Source: Balanoglossus misakiensis
Lineage: Eukaryota > Animalia > Hemichordata
NCBI GenBank assembly: GCA_040954595.2
Contig: CM082579.2
Location: 14,296,450-14,360,449 of the forward strand
Length of the DNA: 64,000 nt
Direction: 5' to 3'
Positions 11,126-25,400 of the stretch are shown one piece after another. Position 1 is the first letter of the stretch; the number at the start of each line of letters is the position of its first letter. A program made the translations under genes and the position numbers. The notes below the pieces were generated by a model, which saw nothing but the letters and a program-made list of their open reading frames with translations, did not search any database and was not told the origin of the DNA.

Positions 11126-14100
11126 ATCATGGTTGAAAATCATCAAAAAATGACAAATTTTCGTCTTTGCAAAATCTCAACATTTCGTCGATTTTGAAAC
11201 AAATCATAGGTTCGTCGATTTTTTAAAAAAAAAACATGGGTGAAAATCATCAAAAAATGACAAATTTTGAAAAAAACCGGGTGAAAATCATCAAAAAATG
11301 ACACATTTTCGTCGACTTTGCAAAATCTCAAAATTTCGTCGATTTTTGAAAAAAATCATGGGGGAAAATCATGAAAAAATGACAAATTTTCGTCTTTGCA
11401 AAATCTCAAAATTTCGTCCATTTCTGAAAAAAAATTATGGGTAAAAATCATCAAAAATGACAAATTTTCATCTATGCAAAATCTCAAATTTTCGTCGATT
11501 TTTTGAAAAAAAAATCATGGTTGAAGAATCATCAAAAAATGACAAAATTTTCGACTTTGCAAAATCTCAAAATTTCGTCGATTTTTGAAAAAAATCATGG
11601 GGGAAAATCATGAAAAAATGACAAATTTTCGTCTTTGCAAAATCTCAAAATTTCGTCCATTTTTGAAAAAAATCATGGGTGAAAATCATCAAAAAATGAC
11701 AAATTTTCGACTTTGCAAAATCTCAACATTTCGTCAATTTTGAAAAAATCATGGGTGAAAATCATCAAAAAATGACAAATTTTCGACTTTGCAAAATCTC
11801 AAAATTTCGTCGATTTTTGAAAAAAATCATGGGGCAAAATCATGAAAAAATGACAAATTTTCCTCTCTGCAAAATCTCAAAATTTCGTCGATTTTTGAAA
11901 AAAAATCATGGGTGAAAATCATCAAAAAATGACAAATTTTCGTCTTTGCAAAATCTCAAAATTTCGTCCATTTTTGAAAAAAAATCATGGGTAAAAATCA
12001 TCAAAAATGACAAATTTTCGTCTTTGCAAAATCTCAAATTTTCGTCGATTTTTGAAAAAAAAATCATGGTTTAAAATCATCAAAAAATGACAAAATTTTC
12101 GACTTTGTAAAATCACAAAATTTCGTCGATTTTGAAAAAATCATAGGTTCGTCGATTTAAAAAAAAAAAACATGGGTGAAAATCATCAAAAAATGACAAA
12201 TTTTGAAAAAAAAACGGGTGAAAATCATCAAAAAATGACCACATTTTCCTCTGCAAAATCTCGAAATTTCGTCGTTTTTTGAAAAAAAATCATTGGTGGA
12301 AAATCATCAAAAAATGACAAATTTTCGTCTTTGCAAAATCTCAAAATTTCGTCCATTTTTGAAAAAAAATCATGGGTAAAAATCATCGAAAATGACAAAT
12401 TTTCGTCTTTGCAAAATCTCAAATTTTCGTCGATTTTTGAAAAAAATCATGGGGGAAAATCATGAAAAAATGACAAATTTTGAAAAAAAAAACTGGTGAA
12501 AATCATCAAAAAATGACACATTTACGACTTTGCAAAATCTCAAAATTTCGTCGATTTTTGAAAAAAATCATGGGTGAAAATCATCAAAAAATGACAAATT
12601 TTCGTCTTTGCAAAATCTCAAAATTTCGTCCATTTTTGAAAAAAATCATGGGTAAAAATCATCAAAAATGACAAATTTTCGTCTTTGCAAAATCTCAAGT
12701 TTTCGTCGATTTTTGAAAAAAAATCATGGTTGAAAATCATCAAAAAATGACAAAATTTTCGACTTTGTAAAATCACAAAATTTCGTCGATTTTTTAAAAA
12801 AAATCATGGGGGAAAATCATGAAAAAATGCCAAATTTTCCTCTTTGCAAAATCTCAAAATTTCGTCGATTTTTGAAAAAAAATCATGGTTGAAAATCATC
12901 AAAAAATGACAAATTTTCGTCTTTGCAAAATCTCAACATTTCGTCGATTTTGAAACAAATCATAGGTTCGTCGATTTTTTAAAAAAAAAACATGGGTGAA
13001 AATCATCAAAAAATGACAAATTTTGAAAAAAACCGGGTGAAAATCATCAAAAATGACACATTTTCGTCGACTTTGCAAAATCTCAAAATTTCGTCGATTT
13101 TTGAAAAAAATCATGGGGGAAAATCATGAAAAAATGACAAATTTTCCTCTTTGCAAAATCTCAAAATTTCGTCGATTTTTAAAAAAAGACATGGGTGAAA
13201 ATCATCAAAAAATAACACATTTTCGACTTTGCAAAATCTCAAAATTTCGTCCATTTTTGAAAAAAAATCATGGGTAAAATTCATCAAAAATGACAAATTT
13301 TCGTCTTTGCAAAATCTCACAATTTCGTCGATTTTTGAAAAAAATCATGTGTGAAAATCATCAAAAAATGACAAATTTTCGACTTTGGAAAATCTCAAAT
13401 TTCGTCAATTTTTGAAAAAAATCATGGGTGAAAATCATCAAAAAATGACAAATTTTCGACTTTGCAAAATCTCAACATTTCGTCAATTTTTGAAAAAATC
13501 ATGGGTGAAAATCATCAAAAAATGACAAATTTTCGACTTTGCAAAATCTCAAAATTTCGTCGATTTTTGAAAAAAATCATGGGGCAAAATCATGAAAAAA
13601 TGACAAATTTTCCTCTCTGCAAAATCTCAAAATTTCGTCGATTTTTGAAAAAAAATCATGGGTGAAAATCATCAAAAAATGACAAATTTTCGTCTTTGCA
13701 AAATCTCAAAATTTCGTCCATTTTTGAAAAAAAATCATGGGTAAAAATCATCAAAAATGACAAATTTTCGTCTTTGCAAAATCTCAAATTTTCGTCGATT
13801 TTTGAAAAAAAATCATGGTTTAAAATCATCAAAAAATGACAAAATTTTCGACTTTGTAAAATCACAAAATTTCGTCGATTTTGAAAAAAATCATAGGTTC
13901 GTCGATTTAAAAAAAAAAAAACATGGGTGAAAATCATCAAAAAATGACAAATTTTGAAAAAAAAACGGGTGAAAATCATCAAAAAATGACACATTTTCCT
14001 CTGCAAAATCTCGAAATTTCGTCGTTTTTTGAAAAAAAATCATTGGTGAAAATCATCAAAAAATGACAAATTTTCGTCTTTGCAAAATCTCAAAATTTCG

Positions 14101-17100
14101 TCCATTTTTGAAAAAAAATCATGGGTAAAAATCATCGAAAATGACAAATTTTCGTCTTTGCAAAATCTCAAATTTTCGTCGATTTTTGAAAAAAATCATG
14201 GGGGAAAATCATGAAAAAATGACAAATTTTGAAAAAAAAAACTGGTGAAAATCATCAAAAAATGACACATTTACGACTTTGCAAAATCTCAAAATTTCGT
14301 CGATTTTTGAAAAAAATCATGGGTGAAAATCATCAAAAAATGACAAATTTTCGTCTTTGCAAAATCTCAAAATTTCGTCCATTTTTGAAAAAAAATCATG
14401 GGTAAAAATCATCAAAAATGACAAATTTTCGTCTTTGCAAAATCTCAAGTTTTCGTCGATTTTTGAAAAAAAATCATGGTTGAAAATCATCAAAAAATGA
14501 CAAAATTTTCGACTTTGTAAAATCACAAAATTTCGTCGATTTTTAAAAAAAATCATGGGGAAAATCATGAAAAAATGCCAAATTTTCCTCTTTGCAAAAT
14601 CTCAAAATTTCGTCGATTTTTGAAAAAAAATCATGGTTGAAAATCATCAAAAAATGACAAATTTTCGTCTTTGCAAAATCTCAACATTTCGTCGATTTTG
14701 AAACAAATCATAGGTTCGTCGATTTTTTAAAAAAAAACATGGGTGAAAATCATCAAAAAATGACAAATTTTGAAAAAAAACCGGGTGAAAATCATCAAAA
14801 AATGACACATTTTCGTCGACTTTGCAAAATCTCAAAATTTCGTCGATTTTTGAAAAAAATCATGGGGAAAATCATGAAAAAATGACAAATTTTCCTCTTT
14901 GCAAAATCTCAAAATTTCGTCGATTTTTAAAAAAGACATGGGTGAAAATCATCAAAAAATAACACATTTTCGACTTTGCAAAATCTCAAAATTTCGTCCA
15001 TTTTTGAAAAAAAATCATGGGTAAAATTCATCAAAAAATGACAAATTTTCGTCTTTGCAAAATCTCACAATTTCGTCGATTTTTGAAAAAAATCATGTGT
15101 GAAAATCATCAAAAAATGACAAATTTTCGACTTTGGAAAATCTCAAAATTTCGTCAATTTTTGAAAAAAATCATGGGTGAAAATCATCAAAAAATGACAA
15201 ATTTTCGTCTTTGCAAAATCTCAACATTTCGTCCATTTTTGAAAAAAAATCATTGGTGAAAATCATCAAAAAATGACAAATTTTCGTCTTTGCAAAATCT
15301 CAAAATTTCGTCCATTTTTGAAAAAAAATCATGGGTAAAAATCATCAAAAATGACAAATTTTCGTCTTTGCAAAATCTCAAATTTTCGTCGATTTTTGAA
15401 AAAAATCATGGGGAAAATCATGAAAAAATGACAAATTTTGAAAAAAAACTGGTGAAAATCATCAAAAAATGACACATTTACGACTTTGCAAAATCTCAAA
15501 ATTTCGTCGATTTTTGAAAAAAAATCATGGGTGAAAATCATCAAAAAATGACAAATTTTCGTCTTTGCAAAATCTCAAAATTTCGTCCATTTTTGAAAAA
15601 AAATCATGGGTAAAAATCATCAAAAATGACAAATTTTCGTCTTTGCAAAATCTCAAACTTTCGTCCATTTTTAAAAAACAATCATGGGGGAAAATCATCA
15701 AAAAATGACAAATTTTCGACTTTGCAAAATCTCAAAATTTCGTCCATTTTTGAAAAAAAATCATGGGTAAAATTCATCAAAAAATGACAAATTTTCGTCT
15801 TTGCAAAATCTCACAATTTCGTCGATTTTTGAAAAAAATCATGTGTGAAAATCATCAAAAAATGACAAATTTTCGACTTTGGAAAATCTCAAAATTTCGT
15901 CAATTTTGAAAAAAATCATGGGTGAAAATCATCAAAAAATGACAAATTTTCGTCTTTGCAAAATCTCAACATTTCGTCCATTTTTGAAAAAAATCATTGG
16001 TGAAAATCATCAAAAAATGACAAATTTTCGTCTTTGCAAAATCTCAAAATTTCGTCCATTTTTGAAAAAAAATCATGGGTAAAAAATCATCAAAAATGAC
16101 AAATTTTCGTCTTTGCAAAATCTCAAATTTTCGTCGATTTTTGAAAAAATCATGGGGAAAATCATGAAAAAATGACAAATTTTGAAAAAAAAACTGGTGA
16201 AAATCATCAAAAAATGACACATTTACGACTTTGCAAAATCTCAAAATTTCGTCGATTTTTGAAAAAAAATCATGGGTGAAAATCATCAAAAAATGACAAA
16301 TTTTCGTCTTTGCAAAATCTCAAAATTTCGTCCATTTTTGAAAAAAAATCATGGGTAAAAATCATCAAAAATGACAAATTTTCGTCTTTGCAAAATCTCA
16401 AACTTTCGTCCATTTTTAAAAAACAATCATGGGGGAAAATCATCAAAAAATGACAAATTTTCGATTTTGCAAAATCTCAAAATTTCGTCGATTTTTGAAA
16501 AAAAATGGGTGAAAATCATCAAAAAATGACACATTTTCGTCGACTTTGCAAAATCTCAAAATTTCGTCGATTTTTGAAAAAAAATCATGGGTGAAAATCA
16601 TCAAAAAATGACAAAATTTTCGACTTTGTAAAATCACAAAATTTCGTCGATTTTTTAAAAAAAATCATGGGGGAAAATCATGAAAAAATGCCAAATTTTC
16701 CTCTTTGCAAAATCTCAAAATTTCGTCGATTTTTGAAAAAAAATCATGGGTGAAAATCATCAAAAAATGACAAATTTTCGTCTTTGCAAAATCTCAAAAT
16801 TTCGTCCATTTTTGAAAAAAAATCATGGGTAAAAATCATCAAAAATGACAAATTTTCGTCTTTGCAAAATCTCAAATTTTCGTCGATCTTTGAAAAAAAA
16901 TCATGGTTGAAAATCATCAAAAAATGACAAAATTTTCGACTTTGTAAAATCACAAAATTTCGTCGATTTTGAAACAAATCATAGGTTCGTCGATTTTTTA
17001 AAAAAAAACATGGGTGAAAATCATCAAAAAATGACAAATTTTGAAAAAAACCGGGTGAAAATCATCAAAAAATGACACATTGTCGTCGACTTTGCAAAAT

Positions 17101-18229
17101 CTCAAAATTTCGTCGATTTTTGAAAAAAATCATGGGGGAAAATCATGAAAAAATGACAAATTTTCCTCTTTGCAAAATCTCAAAATTTCGTCGATTTTTA
17201 AAAAAAGACATGGGTGAAAATCATCAAAAAATAACACATTTTCGACTTTGCAAAATCTCAAAATTTCGTCCATTTTTGAAAAAAAATCATGGGTAAAATT
17301 CATCAAAAAATGACAAATTTTCGTCTTTGCAAAATCTCACAATTTCGTCGATTTTTGAAAAAAATCATGTGTGAAAATCATCAAAAAATGACAAATTTTC
17401 GACTTTGGAAAATCTCAAAATTTCGTCAATTTTTGAAAAAAATCATGGGTGAAAATCATCAAAAAATGACAAATTTTCGTCTTTGCAAAATCTCAACATT
17501 TCGTCCATTTTTGAAAAAAAATCATTGGTGAAAATCATCAAAAAATGACAAATTTTCGTCTTTGCAAAATCTCAAAATTTCGTCCATTTTTGAAAAAAAA
17601 TCATGGGTAAAAATCATCAAAAATGACAAATTTTCGTCTTTGCAAAATCTCAAATTTTCGTTGATTTTTGAAAAAAATCATGGGGAAAATCATGAAAAAA
17701 TGACAAATTTTGAAAAAAAAAACTTGTGAAAATCATCAAAAAATGACACATTTACGACTTTGCAAAATCTCAAAATTTCGTCGATTTTTGAAAAAAAATC
17801 ATGGGTGAAAATCATCAAAAAATGACAAATTTTCGTCTTTGCAAAATCTCAAAATTTCGTCCATTTTTGAAAAAAAATCATGGGTAAAAATCATCAAAAA
17901 TGACAAATTTTCGTCTTTGCAAAATCTCAAACTTTCGTCCATTTTTAAAAAACAATCATGGGGGAAAATCATCAAAAAATGACAAATTTTCGATTTTGCA
18001 AAATCTCAAAATTTCGTCGATTTTTGAAAAAAAATGGGTGAAAATCATCAAAAAATGACACATTTTCGTCGACTTTGCAAAATCTCAAAATTTCGTCGAT
18101 TTTTGAAATAAATCATGGGGGAAAATCATCAAAAAATTACAAATTTTCGACTGCAAAATCTCAAAATTTCGTCGATTTTTGAAAAAATCATAGGTTCGTC
18201 GATTTTTAAAAAAAAAACATGGGTGAAAA

Positions 18230-21200
18230 TCATCAAAAAATGACACATTTTCCTCTGCAAAATCTCAAAATTTCGTCGTTTTTTGAAAAAAAATCATTGG
18301 TGAAAATCATCAAAAAATGACAAATTTTCGTCTTTGCAAAATCTCAAAATTTCGTCCATTTTTGAAAAAAAATCATGGGTAAAAATCATCGAAAATGACA
18401 AATTTTCGTCTTTGCAAAATCTCAAATTTTCGTCGATTTTTGAAAAAAATCATGGGGGAAAATCATGAAAAAATGACAAATTTTGAAAAAAAAAACTGGT
18501 GAAAATCATCAAAAAATGACACATTTACGACTTTGCAAAATCTCAAAATTTCGTCGATTTTTGAAAAAAAATCATGGGTGAAAATCATCAAAAAATGACA
18601 AATTTTCGTCTTTGCAAAATCTCAAAATTTCGTCCATTTTTGAAAAAAAATCATGGGTAAAAATCATCAAAAATGACAAATTTTCGTCTTTGCAAAATCT
18701 CAAGTTTTCGTCGATTTTTGAAAAAAAATCATGGTTGAAAATCATCAAAAAATGACAAAATTTTCGACTTTGTAAAATCACAAAATTTCGTCGATTTTTT
18801 AAAAAAATCATGGGGGAAAATCATGAAAAAATGCCAAATTTACCTCTTTGCAAAATCTCAAAATTTCGTCGATTTTTGAAAAAAAATCATGGGTGAAAAT
18901 CATCAAAAAATGACAAATTTTCGTCTTTGCAAAATCTCAAAATTTCGTCCATTTATGAAAAAAATCATGGGTAAAAATCATCAAAAATGACAAATTTTCG
19001 TCTTTGCAAAATCTCAAAATTTCGTCGATTTTTGAAAAAAAATCATGGTTGAAAATCATCAAAAAATGACAAAATTTTCGACTTTGTAAAATCACAAAAT
19101 TTCGTCGATTTTGAAACAAATCATAGGTTCGTCGATTTTTTAAAAAAAAACATGGGTGAAAATCATCAAAAAATGACAAATTTTGAAAAAAAACGGGTGA
19201 AAATCATCAAAAAATGACACATTTTCGTCGACTTTGCAAAATCTCAAAATTTCGTCGATTTTTGAAAAAAATCATGGGGGAAAATCATGAAAAAATGACA
19301 AATTTTCCTCTTTGCAAAATCTCAAAATTTCGTCGATTTTTAAAAAAAGACATGGGTGAAAATCATCAAAAAATAACACATTTTCGACTTTGCAAAATCT
19401 CAAAATTTCGTCCATTTTTGAAAAAAAATCATGGGTAAAATTCATCAAAAAATGACAAATTTTCGTCTTTGCAAAATCTCACAATTTCGTCGATTTTTGA
19501 AAAAAATCATGTGTGAAAATCATCAAAAAATGACAAATTTACGACTTTGGAAAATCTCAAAATTTCGTCAATTTTTGAAAAAATCATGGGTGAAAATCAT
19601 CAAAAAATGACAAATTTTCGTCTTTGCAAAATCTCAACATTTCGTCCATTTTTGAAAAAAAATCATTGGTGAAAATCATCAAAAAATGACAAATTTTCGT
19701 CTTTGCAAAATCTCAAAATTTCGTCCATTTTTGAAAAAAAATCATGGGTAAAAATCATCAAAAATGACAAATTTTCGTCTTTGCAAAATCTCAAATTTTC
19801 GTCGATTTTTGAAAAAAATCATGGGGGAAAATCATGAAAAAATGACAAATTTTGAAAAAAAAAACTGGTGAAAATCATCAAAAAATGACACATTTACGAC
19901 TTTGCAAAATCTCAAAATTTCGTCGATTTTTGAAAAAAAATCATGGGTGAAAATCATCAAAAAATGACAAATTTTCGTCTTTGCAAAATCTCAAAATTTC
20001 GTCCATTTTTGAAAAAAAATCATGGGTAAAAATCATCAAAAATGACAAATTTTCGTCTTTGCAAAATCTCAAACTTTCGTCCATTTTTAAAAAACAATCA
20101 TGGGGGAAAATCATCAAAAAGTGACAAATTTTCGATTTTGCAAAATCTCAAAATTTCGTCGATTTTTGAAAAAAAATGGGTGAAAATCATCAAAAAATGA
20201 CACATTTTCGTCGACTTTGCAAAATCTCAAAATTTCGTCGATTTTTGAAATAAATCATGGGGGAAAATCATCAAAAAATTACAAATTTTCGACTGCAAAA
20301 TCTCAAAATTTCGTCGATTTTTGAAAAAATCATGGTTGAAAATCATCAAAAAATGACAAAATTTTCGACTTTGTAAAATCACAAAATTTCGTCGATTTTG
20401 AAAAAAAATCATAGGTTCGTCGATTTTTAAAAAAAAAACATGGGTGAAAATCATCAAAAAATGACAAATTTTGAAAAAAAAACGGGTGAAAATCATCAAA
20501 AAATGACACATTTTCCTCTGCAAAATTTCGTCGTTTTTTGAAAAAAAATCATTGGTGAAAATCATCAAAAAATGACAAATTTTCGTCTTTGCAAAATCTC
20601 AAAATTTCGTCCATTTTTGAAAAAAAATCATGGGTAAAAATCATCGAAAATGACAAATTTTCGTCTTTGCAAAATCTCAAATTTTCGTCGATTTTTGAAA
20701 AAAATCATGGGGGAAAATCATGAAAAAATGACAAATTTTGAAAAAAAAACTGGTGAAAATCATCAAAAAATGACACATTTACGACTTTGCAAAATCTCAA
20801 AATTTCGTCGATTTTTGAAAAAAAATCATGGGTGAAAATCATCAAAAAATGACAAATTTTCGTCTTTGCAAAATCTCAAAATTTCGTCCATTTTTGAAAA
20901 AAAATCATGGGTAAAAATCATCAAAAATGACAAATTTTCGTCTTTGCAAAATCTCAAGTTTTCGTCGATTTTTGAAAAAAAATCATGGTTGAAAATCATC
21001 AAAAAATGACAAAATTTTCGACTTTGTAAAATCACAAAATTTCGTCGATTTTTTAAAAAAATCATGGGGGAAAATCATGAAAAAATGCCAAATTTACCTC
21101 TTTGCAAAATCTCAAAATTTCGTCGATTTTTGAAAAAAAATCATGGGTGAAAATCATCAAAAAATGACAAATTTTCGTCTTTGCAAAATCTCAAAATTTC

Positions 21201-22445
21201 GTCCATTTTTGAAAAAAATCATGGGTAAAAATCATCAAAAATGACAAATTTTCGTCTTTGCAAAATCTCAAAATTTCGTCGATTTTTGAAAAAAAATCAT
21301 GGTTGAAAATCATCAAAAAATGACAAAATTTTCGACTTTGTAAAATCACAAAATTTCGTCGATTTTGAAACAAATCATAGGTTCGTCGATTTTTTAAAAA
21401 AAAACATGGGTGAAAATCATCAAAAAATGACAAATTTTGAAAAAAAACGGGTGAAAATCATCAAAAAATGACACATTTTCGTCGACTTTGCAAAATCTCA
21501 AAATTTCGTCGATTTTTGAAAAAAATCATGGGGGAAAATCATGAAAAAATGACAAATTTTCCTCTTTGCAAAATCTCAAAATTTCGTCGATTTTTAAAAA
21601 AAGACATGGGTGAAAATCATCAAAAAATAACACATTTTCGACTTTGCAAAATCTCAAAATTTCGTCCATTTTTGAAAAAAAATCATGGGTAAAATTCATC
21701 AAAAAATGACAAATTTTCGTCTTTGCAAAATCTCACAATTTCGTCGATTTTTGAAAAAAATCATGTGTGAAAATCATCAAAAAATGACAAATTTACGACT
21801 TTGGAAAATCTCAAAATTTCGTCAATTTTTGAAAAAATCATGGGTGAAAATCATCAAAAAATGACAAATTTTCGTCTTTGCAAAATCTCAACATTTCGTC
21901 CATTTTTGAAAAAAAATCATTGGTGAAAATCATCAAAAAATGACAAATTTTCGTCTTTGCAAAATCTCAAAATTTCGTCCATTTTTGAAAAAAAATCATG
22001 GGTAAAAATCATCAAAAATGACAAATTTTCGTCTTTGCAAAATCTCAAATTTTCGTCGATTTTTGAAAAAAATCATGGGGGAAAATCATGAAAAAATGAC
22101 AAATTTTGAAAAAAAAAACTGGTGAAAATCATCAAAAAATGACACATTTACGACTTTGCAAAATCTCAAAATTTCGTCCATTTTTGAAAAAAAATCATGG
22201 GTGAAAATCATCAAAAAATGACAAATTTTCGTCTTTGCAAAATCTCAAAATTTCGTCCATTTTTGAAAAAAAATCATGGGTAAAAATCATCAAAAATGAC
22301 AAATTTTCGTCTTTGCAAAATCTCAAACTTTCGTCCATTTTTAAAAAACAATCATGGGGGAAAATCATCAAAAAGTGACAAATTTTCGATTTTGCAAAAT
22401 CTCAAAATTTCGTCGATTTTTGAAAAAAAATGGGTGAAAATCATC
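18230..22445 (+). repeat. Tandem 2254-bp duplication
   Basis: ORF pairs 18572/20826, 18937/21191 and 19214/21468 are offset by 2254. Shared private variants are GCCAAATTTACCTC, AAATTTACGACTTTGG and AAAAAGTGAC (~20120, ~22375). Confidence 0.88.
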
Positions 22446-22449
22446 AAAA

Positions 22450-25400
22450 AATGACACATTTTGAAAAAAAAAAACGGGTGAAAATCATCAAAAAATGACA
22501 CATTTTCCTCTGCAAAATCTCAAAATTTCGTCGATTTTTGAAAAAAAAATCATGGGTAAAAATCATCAAAAAATGACAAATTTTGAAAAAAAAACGGGTG
22601 AAAATCATCAAAAAATGACACATTTTCGACTTTGCAAAATCTCAAAATTTCGTCAATTTTTGAAAAAAAATCATGGGTGAAAATCATCAAAAAATGACAA
22701 ATTTTCGTCTTTGCAAAATCTCAAAATTTCGTCCATTTCTGAAAAAAAATTATGGGTAAAAATCATCAAAAATGACAAATTTTCATCTTTGCAAAATCTC
22801 AAATTTTCGTCGATTTTTGAAAAAAAATCATGGTTGAAAATCATCAAAAAATGACAAAATTTTCGACTTTGCAAAATCTCAAAATTTGGTCGATTTTTGA
22901 AAAAAATCATGGGGGAAAATCATGAAAAAATGACAAATTCTCCTCTTTGCAAAATCTCAAAATTTCGTCGATTTTTGAAAAAAAATCATGGGTGAAAATC
23001 ATCAAAAAATGACAAATTTTCGTCTTTGCAAAATCTCAAAATTTCGTCCATTTTTGAAAAAAATCACTGGTGAAAATCATCAAAAAATGACAAATTTTCG
23101 ACTTTGCAAAATCTCAACATTTCGTCAATTTTTGAAAAAAATCATGGGGGAAAATCATGAAAAAATGACAAATTTTCCTCTTTGCAAAATCTCAAAATTT
23201 CGTCGATTTTTGAAAAAAAATCATTGGTGAAAATCATCAAAAAATGACAAATTTTCCTCTTTGCAAAATCTCAAAATTTCGTCGATTTTTGAAAAAAAAT
23301 CATGGTTAAAAATCATCAAAAAATGACAAAATTTTCGACTTTGTAAAATCACAAAATTTCGTCGATTTTGAAAAAAATCATAGGTTCGTCGATTTTTAAA
23401 AAAAAAACATGGGTGAAAATCATCAAAAAATGACAAATTTTGAAAAAAAAACGGGTGAAAATCATCAAAAAATGACACATTTTCCTCTGCAAAATCTCAA
23501 AATTTCGTCGTTTTTTGAAAAAAAATCATTGGTGAAAATCATCAAAAAATGACAAATTTTCGTCTTTGCAAAATCTCAAAATTTCGTCCATTTTTGAAAA
23601 AAAATCATGGGTAAAAATCATCAAAAATGACAAATTTTCGTCTTTGCAAAATCTCAAATTTTCGTCGATTTTTGAAAAAAATCATGGGGGAAAATCATGA
23701 AAAAATGACAAATTTTCCTATTTGCAAAATCTCAAAATTTCGTCGATTTTTGAAAAAAATCATGGGTGAAAATCATGAAAAAATGACAAATTTTCCTCTT
23801 TGCAAAATCTCAAAATTTCGTCGTTTTTTGAAAAAAAATCATGGGTGAAAATCATCAAAAAATGACAAATTTTCGTCTTTGCAAAATCTCAAAATTTCGT
23901 CCATTTTAGAAAAAAAATCATGGGTAAAAATCATCGAAAATGACAAATTTTCGTCTTTGCAAAATCTCAAATTTTCGTCGATTTTTGAAAAAAATCATGG
24001 GGGAAAATCATGAAAAAATGACAAATTTTGAAAAAAAAAAATGGTGAAAATCATCAAAAAATGACACATTTACGACTTTGCAAAATCTCAAAATTTCGTC
24101 GATTTTTGAAAAAAAATCATGGGTGAAAATCATCAAAAAATGTCAAATTTTCGTCTTTGCAAAATCTCAAAATTTCGTCCATTTTTGAAAAAAAATCATG
24201 GGTAAAAATCATCAAAAATGACAAATTTTCCTCTTTGCAAAATCTCAAAATTTCGTCGATTTTTGAAAAAAAATCATGGGTGAAAATCATCAAAAAATGA
24301 CAAATTTTCGTCTTTGCAAAATCTCAAAATTTCGTCGATTTTTGAAAAAAAATCATGGTTAAAAATCATCAAAAAATGACAAAATTTTCGACTTTGTAAA
24401 ATCACAAAATTTCGTCGATTTTGAAAAAAATCATAGGTTCGTCGATTTTTAAAAAAAAAACATGGGTGAAAATCATCAAAAAATGACAAATTTTGAAAAA
24501 AAAAACGGGTGAAAATCATGAAAAAATGACAAATTTTCCTCTTTGCAAAATCTCAAAATTTCGTCGTTTTTTGAAAAAAAATCATTGGTGAAAATCATCA
24601 AAAAATGACAAATTTTCGTCTTTGCAAAATCTCAAAATTTCGTCCATTTTTGAAAAAAAATCATGGGTAAAAATCATCAAAAATGACAAATTTTCGTCTT
24701 TGCAAAATCTCAAATTTTCGTCGATTTTTGAAAAAAATCATGGGGGAAAATCATGAAAAAATGACAAATTTTCCTCTTTGCAAAATCTCAAAATTTCGTC
24801 GATTTTTGAAAAAAATCATGGGTGAAAATCATGAAAAAATGACAAATTTTCCTCTTTGCAAAATCTCAAAATTTCGTCGTTTTTTGAAAAAAAATCATGG
24901 GTGAAAATCATCAAAAAATGACAAATTTTCGTCTTTGCAAAATCTCAAAATTTCGTCCATTTTAGAAAAAAAATCATGGGTAAAAATCATCGAAAATGAC
25001 AAATTTTCGTCTTTGCAAAATCTCAAATTTTCGTCGATTTTTGAAAAAAATCATGGGGGAAAATCATGAAAAAATGACAAGTTTTGAAAAAAAAAACTGG
25101 TGAAAATCATCAAAAAATGACACATTTACGACTTTGCAAAATCTCAAAATTTCGTCGATTTTTGAAAAAAAATCATGGGTGAAAATCATCAAAAAATGAC
25201 AAATTTTCGTCTTTGCAAAATCTCAAAATTTCGTCCATTTTTGAAAAAAAATCATGGGTAAAAATCATCAAAAATGACAAATTTTCGTCTTTGCAAAATC
25301 TCAAATTTTCGTCGATTTTTGAAAAAAAATCATGGTTGAAAATCATCAAAAAATGACAACATTTTCGACTTTGTAAAATCACAAAATTTCGTCGATTTTT

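Larger units (their letters stand above)
330..22450 (+). repeat. Satellite domain I (HOR mosaic with ~2.19, 1.53, 1.75 and 2.25 kb units)
   Basis: Markers seen only here include GAAACAAATCATAGG (~1458, 3649, 5178, 6312, 9165, 11197, 12953, 14701, 16972, 19114, 21368), ATGCCAAA (~1175 to 21087), CTCAAGTTTT, CTTTGGAAAA, GGTAAAATTCATC and CTCGAAA. Confidence 0.88.
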
